A DNA stretch of 64,000 nucleotides from Lama guanicoe (lineage: Eukaryota), in contig MU054338.1 of the NCBI GenBank assembly GCA_013239625.1, positions 6,116,724 to 6,180,723 on the forward strand. Direction: 5' to 3'. This document shows, in pieces, positions 1 through 10,383 of this stretch. Position numbers and translations under genes: made by a program. How positions within the stretch are numbered: position 1 is the stretch's first letter; every line of letters begins with the position of its first letter. The notes beneath the pieces were generated by a model. The model was not told the DNA's origin. It did no database searches and saw nothing but the letters and a program-made list of their open reading frames with translations.

Positions 1-470
1 GCCTTCGCTGAGGGGGCCCAGGCGCTCGGCGGGGGCCTCGTCCATGCTCGCGGTGAGTCTCCAGAGGCCCAGGACGTGTGGCCTCTTTTGTGACAGGAGC
101 CCGGGACGGACGGGAGGAATCTCCTTCGACCTCACCAAGAACGAGGTGCGGCGTGAGTCGTGAGCCAGCCCCGCCCCGCGCCGCGCGCGCCTCCGCAGCC
201 ACGGCGTCCTATTGGCCAAGGGGAGTGGCTCGAGGCTCGCCTGTTCGAATGGCGCCCAATGGGAGCTCGGGGGAGGGCCCACGGGAAAGAAGGCGGGGCT
301 GGAGGCGGTGGCCTCTGGCGGAAGCGTGGTTCGCGGACCGTGGTGGGCTCGTTCGGCTCAGCTCCGGGAGCTAGCAGCGCGCTCCGGGAGCTAGCAGCGC
401 CCTCCGGCAGCACACAGCCAACTTGGCCGCCGCCGTAACCCCTGCCGGGGAATCTGCACGAGGAAGCGCC
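1..470. promoter_or_regulatory. CpG-rich promoter/enhancer-like element in LDLR intron 1
   Basis: Dense CpG. GC box CCCCGCCCC at 169-177, CCAAT boxes at 211-215 (ATTGG) and 256-260, YY1-like AATGGCG at 248-254, ETS core CGGAAG at 319-324. Confidence 0.6.
361..410. repeat. 20-bp tandem repeat (GCTCCGGGAGCTAGCAGCGC x2 plus a degenerate partial copy)
   Basis: 361-380 is identical to 381-400; 401-410 CCTCCGGCAG is a partial third copy. Confidence 0.9.
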
Positions 471-834
471 CGCAGGGACCTCCAGGCTGAGCAGCCTGGT
501 TTCGGGTCATTCTCACCCCTGGAATAACTCTGGCAGGGGGTCCCAACCCCCGGGGCTGAAGGTCCGCGTGCCCCGCTCTAATAAGTCTCCATTGGGTGGT
601 GACTTGTGGGGAAAGCCGCACCCCGTTTCCTCTGACTCTCCTAGACCCTCCAAACACTCGCGCGCCCTTTAGTGCTCCCTCCAGCCATTTGGGAGGGACT
701 ACGTGCGATTTTCCCACAAGTCACCCAAGGATGGAGTGATTTTTTTCCGTTCTCTCTCCCCCAGAATTACCAAGGGGGATCCCTGAGTTGGGGGCTCACC
801 CCTACCCCGCACGGGCTTCTGGAGCCAGCCTTAC

Positions 835-901
835 CTGCAGCCGACCCCGCAGCGAGGAACAGGGCAACGGCCCAGCGCAGCCCCCAGCCCGCGGGTCTCA
901 T
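835..901 (-). CDS. LDLR: LDL receptor coding exon 1 (signal peptide); the gene continues off the left edge
   Basis: Minus strand ATG AGA CCC GCG GGC TGG... encodes MRPAGWGLRWAVALFLAAGSAA plus one G, 67 nt, followed by a GTAAG donor. Resembles the LDLR signal peptide, sits below a canonical LDLR promoter, and is syntenic with SMARCA4. Confidence 0.97.
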
Positions 902-1004
902 GCTCTCAGCCTCCACCTACAACGCCCCGGCCCGGGCTGCTATCCGCTGTGTCCGCTCTGGTAACCCTGGCGTCGCGCGGCCCGGACGCGACTGCACGCG
1001 GGGC

Positions 1005-1165
1005 CCCAGTCATTTGCAGCATTTCAATGTGAGGTTTCTCGCGGAGGGAGGAGTTTGCAGTGGGGTGATTTTCAAATATCTTCACCTCACTGCAAGAGGA
1101 GGAGTCTCGAGAGGAGGAGTTTCGAACGGCCGATGTGACATGGGCTCCTTAACCCTTGAAGCCCT
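1005..1165 (-). promoter_or_regulatory. LDLR: LDLR proximal promoter: SIRE/TATA-like region, repeat 3 (Sp1), repeat 2 with SRE-1, repeat 1 (Sp1, duplicated), FP1-like element
   Basis: Minus strand: repeat 3 AAACTCCTCCCTCCGC (1041-1056), repeat 2 AAAATCACCCCACTGC (1057-1072), repeat 1 AGACTCCTCCTCTTGC (1092-1107), ACATTGAAATGCTGCAAATGAC downstream, GGGCTTCAAGGGTTAAGGAG (1145-1164) upstream. Confidence 0.95.
1060..1069 (-). promoter_or_regulatory. SRE-1 sterol regulatory element (SREBP site)
   Basis: Plus-strand GTGGGGTGAT is minus-strand ATCACCCCAC, an exact SRE-1 flanked by Sp1 repeats. Confidence 0.97.
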
Positions 1166-2368
1166 GACTCTGATTCCAGTCCTTCTCCAAAGCCGCTCCT
1201 GGACTGGCTGCTGAATTTATCCTATTTTGGCTGCCGGTGAAGAGCTGAGCCTCCCAGCCCCACCCCAAATTGGAATCACACGTCTCTTGAAGGAGCTCCT
1301 TTAAATTTCTCTCAACTTTTAATTACGTTCTCCTTGGTGCCCAAAGAAGATTAGCATCTGTCTGTCCTTCCAGATCATCTAATTGGCCAATGTCATCTCC
1401 CCTCTAACTCAAAAGGAAAAACTAGAAATGTTGGAAACCTACCCCTCTCCTTTCTCTACTTGCCTTTTCCTTTCTAGGAATTGTTTATAGATTTTAACTG
1501 TTTCTTCACGTATAGTTTTAGAGGGTTCTTTCAAATCACCACATAAACAGTAATCAATGAGGCATTTAAGTAAAGTCATCACGAAAATACAGCCAAAAAC
1601 TGATTTTGTTTTGTGGGATCCAGCACTTGAATGAAGTATGAGCAAAAACATCTCTAAAATCAATTGACCCAGTATCTGGGGTCTGGACATAAATATTGAT
1701 TTATCCTTTTACGAGGAGCTGAACAAACATAAAGGCCACCTCCTCTCCCTAAAGCAAAATTGAAACAGAACAGCGGTTTCAGGGTTGAACCTGACTGCCT
1801 AAACCACAGAAGTCTGGTTGAGAACAGGTTTTAAGAATCAGGGTATCTGTTGAGATACATCCTCTTGCCAGAGGCCCACTTGCCAAAAAGCCTCCCACAA
1901 AGGATCTGAAAGTTTTGGAGGGTTCCCTCAGGAAAGAGGGGAGTTGTCTGAGGTATTCCGAAATGAGCTTGACAGGGCACAGTAACCCCTCAGCAGGTTT
2001 ACAGGGAAACCCAGGAAAGAAGGCAGAAAAGAGGCAGAGGGGATGATTGACTCCTTGGAAAGAGAAACAGTGATTAATCCAGGAACAGAAACTTTTAAAA
2101 AAAGAGTGTTTGGCAGGAAAGAGCCCCAGCTTCTGAGTCATACACCTGGGGCTAGTGACTTAGCTTTGCCAATAAAACCTGGGAGATAAAATTAATATGG
2201 GGGGGAAATAATACCTCCTTCCCTTACTTGGCAGGTTGAGTATCATGGTCAAAATGAGATCATTAGTAATCACCTGGAGAAATTGTCAAGAATGGGCAAG
2301 TTCTGGGAGTTTCAACACTTACAAATATGTCACCATCAAATGCCTTTCCTTAAGCCATATGCACATTT

Positions 2369-2482
2369 GGGGGGCGTGGTAATTGGGTTTATTTATTTAT
2401 TTTTAATGGAGGTACTGGGGATTGAACCCAGGGCCTCACAGATGCTAAGCATGCGCTCTACCACTGAGCAATACCGCCCCCC
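2369..2482 (-). mobile_element. tRNA-derived SINE (vic-1-like)
   Basis: Minus strand GCTCAGTGGTAGAGCGCATGCTTAGC...GGTTCAATCCCCAGTACCTCCATTAAAAATAAATAAATAAACCCAATTACC; A-box and B-box, same tail as the other copies. Confidence 0.85.
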
Positions 2483-2970
2483 TACTTTTTTTCTTTTTTT
2501 TTTTTAAGTCAGGAACAGTAGGTTTGATTTCCCTTCAGAAAAACTGCAAGACCTCACAGGCTCAGCTTCTGTTGTGAGCCCAGCTTTCTCTGATTCACCT
2601 GGTGGTAAGAAGCCCTTTTCCCCAACGGGCCTGAAAAGTGCTACTAGGAACGAGTTCTCCTCTAGAAAGGGCTTAGTTTAGTATGTCCCCAGAGCTAGTT
2701 CTGTAGAGATAGTAGGGGAGGCCTGTAAAAAGGCCACAAAATCTCTGAAAAGAACATTCTGGGGGTGTCAAGGCCTGGGCGAGAATTCCAGGATGGCTCT
2801 CCCCAGGTCTCCCTGTGACCTGCCTGCAGAAATCTCCGGGTCCCTTCTGTCCCAGCCACACATGGACATGGACACATGTTGCCTTGAGGTTGGAGCCACT
2901 CTTTTACTTCTTGGAGCCCTCATTGGCTCTTATGTAACTGGCTTATAGTGTTGTTGTGAGGATTAAGTAA

Positions 2971-2989
2971 AGATAGATACATAGGTAGG

Positions 2990-3028
<39 letters not shown>
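2971..3028 (+). repeat. (GATA)n tetranucleotide microsatellite
   Basis: AGATAGATAC ATAGGTAGGT followed by a run of AGAT units. Confidence 0.95.
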
Positions 3029-3029
<1 letters not shown>

Positions 3030-4621
3030 GATTGGAACCCTGCTTGGCATCTAATAAACCCAGTATATGGGTTCCCTGATTTGTTTTTTGTTTTAGCTGT
3101 CTTTGCAACTACCTCTTTTTTTCTCTCTCTTTTCTTCAGGGAGGACCTTCTTCCTAGGCGCTTAAAAAGAATCCTTCCGTGGAATCCACTTCACTTGAAA
3201 GTTCCTAATCTTGCAAAGTCACCTCAACCCTGAGCTGGCATTCTCCTCATTTTAATGGACAGTTCCCTTTGTCCTGGTTTTCACTAATCAAATTCTCCAG
3301 GAAGCTCAGACCAGAAAAGGTCTGCACCCAAAAGAGTCTGGTCTTTTAGCCAAGGTGTGCCTCTGGCCTTTGACCCAGCAGTCAGCAGAGAGAGGGTGAG
3401 TAACCGCAGGTGCCTTGATGCCTGCCAGTAGGTACAATTAGGGACCTCCTTTGACTCAGCAGCCACCAAATATCTCCAGAAAGCACCTCTAAGCCATGTG
3501 AGGGCAGAGACAATGGCTTATATTTCCCAGGCCTGCCTGTAATAACGGTTAAATAAATACGTGATAATAAGAGAAATTATTGCAGGCATGGCTGCAACAG
3601 CATTAGAGACACTCTGTTTCTGAATTCCAGGTTCCTTGAGATTTTGATAAGTCAGAACTCCGATTTGTCCTGGGCTGCCAGTTCTTCCTTTCAAGCAGAA
3701 CACCAGATTTGAGATCAAACCTGTACTGAGGGCACAGACAGCCCTGAGCCAGTGGTCAGGGAGATTCAAAATTGACCAAGACACCATGTCACCTTCAAGC
3801 ACAACAGGAGAGAGAGCAGGGCAGGATATGTGTGTATATATATATGTATATGCACGGGTCCATGCAGTGCAGGGCAGAGAGTGTAGAGGCTACAGAAGGT
3901 ATGAGACACAGAAGGCTACTAAAGAAAAAGTATATTTCACTTAGTTTGACCAGGTGAAACATTCCCGTGGTTAGGAAAATTTAAAGGACTTTTTTCCTAA
4001 GGTCACAAACAAGAAAAGGCTGCCTGTTTTCATCCCTTCTATTCAACACGGTATTGGAAGTTCTAGCTAGTGTAATTAGGCAAGAAAAAGAAATAAAAAG
4101 CATCCAAACTGGAAAGGAAGAAGTAGAAGTTCTATCTGTAGAAAACCCTAAAGAATCTAAACACATAACACACACACGCACAAAACTGTTGAAACTAATA
4201 AAGGAATTCAGCAAAGTTGCAGGATATAAAATCAACACATTAAGAAACTGCATTTCATACATTAGCAAAGAGTAATCCAAAAAGGAAATTAAGAAAGTTC
4301 CCTTTGCAATAGTATCCAAAAGAATAAAATATTTTGCAATGAATGTAACCAAGAAAGTGAAATACACTGAAAACTAAAAAATGTTGCTGAAAGAAATTAG
4401 ACACACATCAACGGAAAGACATCCCCGGTTCATGGATTGGAAGACTTAAAATTGTTTAGATGTCAATAGTACCCGAAGTGGTCTACAGATACAATGCAAT
4501 TGCTATCAATTTCCCAATGACTGTTTGTTTTTGCAGAAATGGAAAAATCCACCGTAAAATTCATATGGACTCTCAAGACTCCGTGAATAATAACCAAAAT
4601 GATCTTAAAAAGAACAAAGTT

Positions 4622-4767
4622 GGCTGGGGAGTGATGGAAATGTTAGCTATCTTGATTGTGGTGGTAGTTTCATTGATGTAGACATCTATCAAAATTCATC
4701 AGATTGTACATCTGCAATACGTGTAGTTTACTGTACAGGAATCATACCACAATAAAGGTGTTAAAAA
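4622..4767 (+). mobile_element. 5'-truncated L1 3'-end fragment nested in L1 ORF2
   Basis: Flanked by a 15-bp TSD AAAAAGAACAAAGTT (4607-4621, 4768-4782); ends in AATAAA plus poly(A). Confidence 0.8.
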
Positions 4768-5075
4768 AAAAAGAACAAAGTTTCAGGTCTCACACTTCCT
4801 GATTTGAAGACTTACAGCAAAGCTACAGCAATCAAAACAGCATGGTGTTGGCATAAAGGCAAACATATAGACACATGGACTAGGACAGTGAGCCTAGAAA
4901 TAGACCCTCACGTACATGGTCAAATGATTTTGACGAGGGTGTCAAGACCATTCAATGGAGAAAGGATAGCCTTTTCAACAAATGGTGTTGGGAAAACTGT
5001 ATGTACACAGGCAAAAGAATGAAATTGGACACTTACTTTCCTCATCTACAAAAATTAATTCAAACTGGATCAACA

Positions 5076-5203
5076 GGGGAGGGTATAGCTCAGTGGTAGA
5101 GCACCGTGCTTAGCATGCACAAGGGCCTGGGTTCAATCCCCAGTTCCTCCATTAAAAACAAACAAACAAACCTAATTACCTTCCCTCCCTCCAAAGAAAA
5201 AAA
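5076..5203 (+). mobile_element. tRNA-derived SINE (vic-1-like) inserted in L1
   Basis: GGGGAGGGTATAGCTCAGTGGTAGAGC...GGTTCAATCCCCAG...CCTAATTACC; TSD AAACTGGATCAA at 5062-5073 and 5204-5215. Confidence 0.9.
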
Positions 5204-6297
5204 AAACTGGATCAAAGACTTAAAAGTAAGAGCTAAAATTATAAAACTTTTAGATAAAAAGGGGTAAAACTTCATGACATTGGATTTGGTAATGAGTTCT
5301 TGGGTTTGACAACAAATGTGTACACAATAAAAGAAAAAAAAACAGATAAGGTGGGGCTCATCAAAATTAAAAACTGTTGTGCACCGGAGGACTCTATCAA
5401 TGCAGTGAAAAGACATCCCACGGAATGGGAGGAAATATTGCACATCCTACATCTGGTAAGAGGTTAATATTCAGAATATACAAAGAACCCCTGCAGCCCA
5501 AGAACAACAAAACAAACAGCCCAATTTAAAAATGAGCAAAGGGTTTAAACAAAGAAATAAAGATTTCTTCCTCCAAAGAAGATATAAAAATGGCCAATAA
5601 GGGCCTGAAAAGCTGTTCAATATCACTCATTATTAGGGAGATGCAAGTCAAAACAACAGCAAGATACCACTTCACACTCCGCCACTAGTGAAAAAGAAAG
5701 AAAAGAAAAGAGAAAATGAGTGTTGGGAAATTGGAACCGCGTGCACTGCTGCTGGGAGCACAAAATAGCAAAAACCTGCGCACAAATTATTGTTGCCAAA
5801 GTGTGGGAGTCACTAAGATGTCCTTCAGTGGGTGACTAGCTAAATAAACTGTGGTACATCCAGGCAATGGAGTATTAGTCAGCACTAGAAAGAAAAGAGC
5901 TATCAAGCCATGAAGACATGGAGGAACTTTCAATGCATATTATTAAGCGAAACAACCCAGTCTGAGAAGTCTACATACTGTGGATTTCCAACGCTAGGAC
6001 ATTCTGGAAAAGGCAAAACTATGGAGACAGTGAATAGTTGAGAGGTTGGCGGGGAGCGATGACTAGGCAGAGCACAGGGACTTCTAGGGCAGTGAAACCA
6101 TTCTGTGAGATATGGTCATGGGGGATAGATGTCATTACACCTTGGTCCAAACCCATAGAATGTGCAATGCAGAGAGCGACCCCTATGGACTCTGGGTGAT
6201 GGTGACATGTCAGTGTTGGTTCACCGATGGTAACAAATACAGCGCTCTGATGGGGTTGTGGATTGTGGGGGAGGCTGGCAGGCAAGGCATGGGTGGG

Positions 6298-6427
6298 GAC
6301 AGCTATTGGAAAATGGCGCCCACTGATTTGCTCAATGCAGGGTTGCCACAAACCTTCAGTTTGTAAATAAATGCAGTATCTGCACATCACAGTGAGGTGA
6401 AGCATAATAAAATGAGATATGCCTGTG
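6298..6427 (+). mobile_element. Tigger-type (TcMar) DNA transposon terminal fragment
   Basis: CAGGGTTGCCACAAACCTTCAGTTTGTAA...GCATAATAAAATGAGATATGCCTGT resembles a Tigger end (recognised from recall). Confidence 0.7.
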
Positions 6428-6833
6428 TTACGTGCTACCTGTGTGATTAAGAAAAAATGAAATCAACCAGTCACAAAAAGACAAATGTGGTACAATCCAA
6501 CTTACTGGAGGCCCTAGAAGGAGTCAATCTCCCAGTGACAAGAAAGCAGGATGGTGGGTGCCAGTGGCTGGGAGAGGGGGAGTGGGGAGTTGTTTTTTTT
6601 GATGGGGACAGAATTTCAGCAGGGAAAGATGAAAATGTTTTGAAGGTGGCTGGTGGTGTACTAGTTGTACAACAATGTGAATGAACATAATGCCAGTGAA
6701 CTGTGCACTTAAAATGGTTAATGTGGCAAATTCAATGTCATGTGTATTTTTCCATGATTAAAATTTTATTTTGTTAATTTTATTATTATTGATTTTATTT
6801 TTTGTTATTTTATTTTTAATTTTGTGTGTGTGT

Positions 6834-6910
6834 GTTAATGGAGGTACAGGGGATTGAACCCAGGACCTTGTGTATGCTAAGCAGGCACTCTACCACTGAG
6901 CTATACCCCC
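6834..6910 (-). mobile_element. tRNA-derived SINE (vic-1-like)
   Basis: Minus strand GGGGGTATAGCTCAGTGGTAGAGTGCCTGCTTAGC...GGTTCAATCCCCTGTACCTCCATTAA. Confidence 0.85.
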
Positions 6911-6923
6911 TGCACCAGAATTT

Positions 6924-7178
6924 AAAAAGAAAGAAAAGAAAAAATTAAAGGAATAGAAAGAAAGGAAGGAGGGAGGGGAGGAAGGGAGGGAGGGAGGAAG
7001 GGAGGGAGAGAGAGAGAGAGAAAAAGAAAGAAAGAAAGAGAGAGAGAAAGGAAGGAAGGAAGGAAGGAAGGAAGGAAGAAAGAGAAAGAAAGAGAAAAGA
7101 AAAGAAAAGGAAGAAAGAGAGAAAAAGAAAGGAAGGAAGGAAGAAAAAAGAGAGAGAGAAAGAAAACAAGGAAGGAAA
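6924..7178 (+). repeat. Polypurine low-complexity tract (GAAA/GGAA/GA repeats)
   Basis: About 250 bp of almost only A and G. Confidence 0.95.
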
Positions 7179-7865
7179 CCCTCTGGTAAGGGCCCCTCCA
7201 AACCACACGTGTGACCTTGGCTCTCCCAGCCATTTTGCGTCAGCCCTGGAAGCCTCGGCCTCTGAGTCAATGTCAAGGTCGGCACAGTCTCCAGGACTTC
7301 TTTTTCAGGCCACTCTCTCCCCACCGCCAGGAATCCAGGAAGAAAAGCCTGTAAGAAATCGCTGCAGGGGCCCACAGACCTTCTGTGTCTGTTCTCCTTG
7401 TCAGGCATCCTAGGACACTTGGCAACCCCGCTGCCCTGGCTGGGACTGGGGCTCGGTCCTCCTCAGCTGAGTTGATGGCAGGGCAGCTCTGGTGCTGGGT
7501 CAGGGGGAGAAGTCACACCTGACTGCAGGTGCACTGGGCACAGCTTGTTGCCTGCATCAAGAGTACTCTCCTTTTGTTTCTTTCTTTTTTAATTTTAAAA
7601 CCTTAATAATTATGGCAAAATACACATAACATAAAATGTACCATCTTAGCCATCTGTTGTGCGCAGTTCAGTGGCATTAAGCACAGTCAGATGGTTGTGC
7701 AACCATCCCCACCATGCACCTTCAGAACTTTTTCATCTTGCGAAACTGAAACTCTGTTCCCATGAAGCACTAACTTCCCATCCCCTGCCCCAGCCCCTGG
7801 AACCCACCATTCTGCTTTCTGTCTCTAGGAATTTTTTTTTTTAAGTTGAAATATGGTTGGTTGAG

Positions 7866-7975
7866 AGGGGGAATGTAGAGCGTGTGCTTAGCATGCACAA
7901 GGTCCTTGGTTCAATCCCCAGTATTTCCATTAAAAATAAATAAATATATAAAAACCTAATTACCCCCCCCCAAAA
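7866..7975 (+). mobile_element. tRNA-derived SINE (vic-1-like)
   Basis: GTAGAGCGTGTGCTTAGCATGCACAAGGTCCTTGGTTCAATCCCCAG...CCTAATTACCCCC. Confidence 0.85.
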
Positions 7976-8225
7976 TTTTAAAAATATAAATGTGAAATTA
8001 TTTTAAAAATCTATAGTTGATTTACAATGTTGTGTTAGTCTCTGGTGTACGGCATAGTGAGTCGATTCGGTCATACATATATCTGTCTCTATGAATTTGA
8101 CTCTTCTAGGGACCTCATGTAAGTGGAGTCATGCAGTTTTTGTCTTTTTGTGACATTTCATTGAGCATCATGTCCTCAGGGTTCATTCATAGTGTAGTAC
8201 GTGTCAGAATTCCCTTCTTTTCTTT

Positions 8226-8327
8226 GGGGGGCAGTTAATTAGGCTTATTTATTTATTTTAATGGAGGTACTGCACGCAGGACCTCATGCATGCTAAGCAC
8301 ACACTCTGCCACTGAGCTATGCTCCCC
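8226..8327 (-). mobile_element. tRNA-derived SINE (vic-1-like), internally deleted
   Basis: Minus strand GGGGAGCATAGCTCAGTGGCAGAGTGTGTGCTTAGCATGCATGAGGTCC...GTACCTCCATTAAAATAAATAAAT. Confidence 0.8.
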
Positions 8328-9134
8328 TCACTGAATTTCCTTCTTTTTAAGGCTGAACAATATTCCATCCTGTGGATACACCACTTTGTTTATCCATTCA
8401 TCCACTGATGGACAGTTGGGTTGCTTCCACTTTTTGGCTATTGTGAATCATGCTGCAGTGAACATGCGTGTGCAAACATCTCTCTGAGTCCCTACTGCAA
8501 ATTCTTTGGGGCGTATATACCCAGAAGTGGAGTTGCTGGATCATATAGTGATTCTATTTTTAATTGTTTAAGGAAACTTCATACTGTCTTTCACAGCAGC
8601 TGTACCATTTTACATTCCTTTTCTTTGACTGATAGACTCCCAATCCTATTTCAGGCTATAAGACGCTCAGTTAAAAATACTTTCCCAGACTCCCGTGCTG
8701 CTGCCAGTAGTCCCGAGACCAAGGAAGCCAGTGGAAATGTCTGTCCCAGTGAAAATACAATTCTCGCAAGGAGCAATTCTTCGACTGTTACCCTTCTATT
8801 GTTGGCTCTGCCTCTCCTCCTGCTTGGATGCCACAGCGGTGCCTGGGAGTGAAGCCGCTGTCTCACCCACGTGAAGGTGAAAACCAGCACACTGAGAACG
8901 GGGAGAAGGATGCTAGGAACTGACTGGAGTCAACGCCTCGACTGCCTGCCATGCTACCTGCAAATGATAAGCCCCCCAGTTACTTAACTCAGTTGTTCTC
9001 TTCCAATAAGCAGCGAGTGCGATCCTACCTGATGTAAACCGCACCCGGTAGAAGTGCCGCCTGCACTCCTAGGACCTCCTGAATGAGTGTTTTACCCTTG
9101 CCTTGATCTTGTGGGTGAACCACACAGTCCGAGT

Positions 9135-9225
9135 GCAAATCCCAGTCCTGCCACTTCCTGTGCGACCTTGGGCAAGTTACTTTACCCCTCTGTGCCTTGA
9201 TTTCCTCCTTCATCAAATGGGCATG
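9135..9225 (+). mobile_element. MIR core fragment
   Basis: AAATCCCAGTCCTGCCACTTCCTGTGCGACCTTGGGCAAGTTACTTTACCCCTCTGTGCCTTGATTTCCTC resembles the MIR core. Confidence 0.7.
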
Positions 9226-10280
9226 AGGACCACTCTCAATTCTTAAAAATAGCGCCTGGATCCCACGAGGTAATGACATTATTGCTATTATTGTCACTAC
9301 GGTTATTACTGTCATTGTGGGGATGCCAGCTAGTCCCCGGGCAGACCAGGCACCCCCCTCTTGGTTTTTGGGTCCTCTCAGTCCTGTCACTCAGCCTGAA
9401 CTCTAAGTGCTGCACACTTGGCCTTTGCTCATGCTGTTCCCTCTACCAGAAAGGCCTTTCCTTCTATTCGTCTCATGTAACCTTAGTGGGCATTTTGGGG
9501 ATTTTTGTCTGCCCAGGAGCCATTCTCCCCACTTCTGGTAACAGAAGAAAACTTTTGTTTTAATAAGAAGAGAATTTTAAATTATTTAAAATAATAATAA
9601 TTTATTATTTATTTTTACAAGTGTAATTATAGAAAATATTAAATGTCTGTCTTTGCAAGGAGAATATAGGCAAAATCACTCATCCCCTCCCCCCGACAGA
9701 TGGAGACACGATGGCACAGAGAAGGAATGGGGGTTGCCCAAAGTCACACAACAAGTTGGTGACAAAGCTGGTCTCCCTTTTCTTAAGCTATGGTACTCCC
9801 TCTTTGTTCAGCATCTGAACCCCTTTCCTGCATTTGGGGATCTGCCTCCCACATCCACTTTAGAAATTTCAAAGGCCAGATAGTTGCTTTCCCAGCATCC
9901 CTTGCACAAGAACATAAGCATGTGATCTGGACTTGGCCAATCATATCCTCATACCCAAGAATTTGACTCCAGAGCCAGGCTGCTAATTGGGCACCTACTG
10001 TCCTTTTGATTCTGAAACCATTCAAGCTGGTTTGAGCCACTTGCAAACAAAATCCTGCTTGATAAAACATCTATTAGACTAAAACTGAACTGAAATAACC
10101 CATATCTGGGGCTAGAAAACCCACTGGTGTCACCTCCTGAAGTTCTCAGCCTCATGATCTCCAACTCAGAATGTTTCCCTGAGGTGAACTAAATTCCATC
10201 CATTTTCATCATTATCTTTGACTAGAGCACATGGTTAAACAAAAAACCTTAAAAAGTAGAAAACTTAGAAATTACTGAGT

Positions 10281-10383
10281 GGGGAGGGTATAGCTCAAGT
10301 GATAGAGTGTGTGTTTAATCCCCAGGATCTCTTCCAAGAATAAATAAACCTAATTACCTCCCCACACCAAAAAAAAAAAAGAA
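10281..10383 (+). mobile_element. tRNA-derived SINE (vic-1-like), internally deleted
   Basis: GGGGAGGGTATAGCTCAAGTGATAGAG...CCTAATTACCTCCCC plus A tail; TSD AAATTACTGAG at 10269-10279 and 10384-10394. Confidence 0.85.

Larger units (their letters stand above)
3975..6785 (+). mobile_element. Degenerate composite LINE-1 (ORF2 3' half and 3' UTR) with nested insertions
   Basis: ORF2-like peptides [36 protein letters not shown] and KTYSKATAIKTAWCWHK; frameshifted and stop-interrupted; L1 3'-UTR motifs to about 6780. Confidence 0.88.
7590..8615 (-). mobile_element. L1 3'-UTR fragments interrupted by two SINEs
   Basis: Typical antisense L1 3' motifs (TTTATCCATTCATCCACTGATGGACAGTTGGGTTGCTTCCAC; CCCAGAAGTGGAGTTGCTGGATCATAT). 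Confidence 0.8.

Noticed and set aside
672..1214. 180-aa plus-strand ORF across LDLR exon 1 and the promoter
   Set aside because: Non-ATG start, CpG-island composition, no recognisable protein.
5076..5150. tRNA-like sequence with A and B boxes
   Set aside because: Several diverged copies share a non-tRNA tail and have TSDs, so it is a SINE and not a tRNA gene.
6890..7408. Phe/Leu/Ser-rich membrane-like ORFs
   Set aside because: Translations of the polypurine microsatellite.
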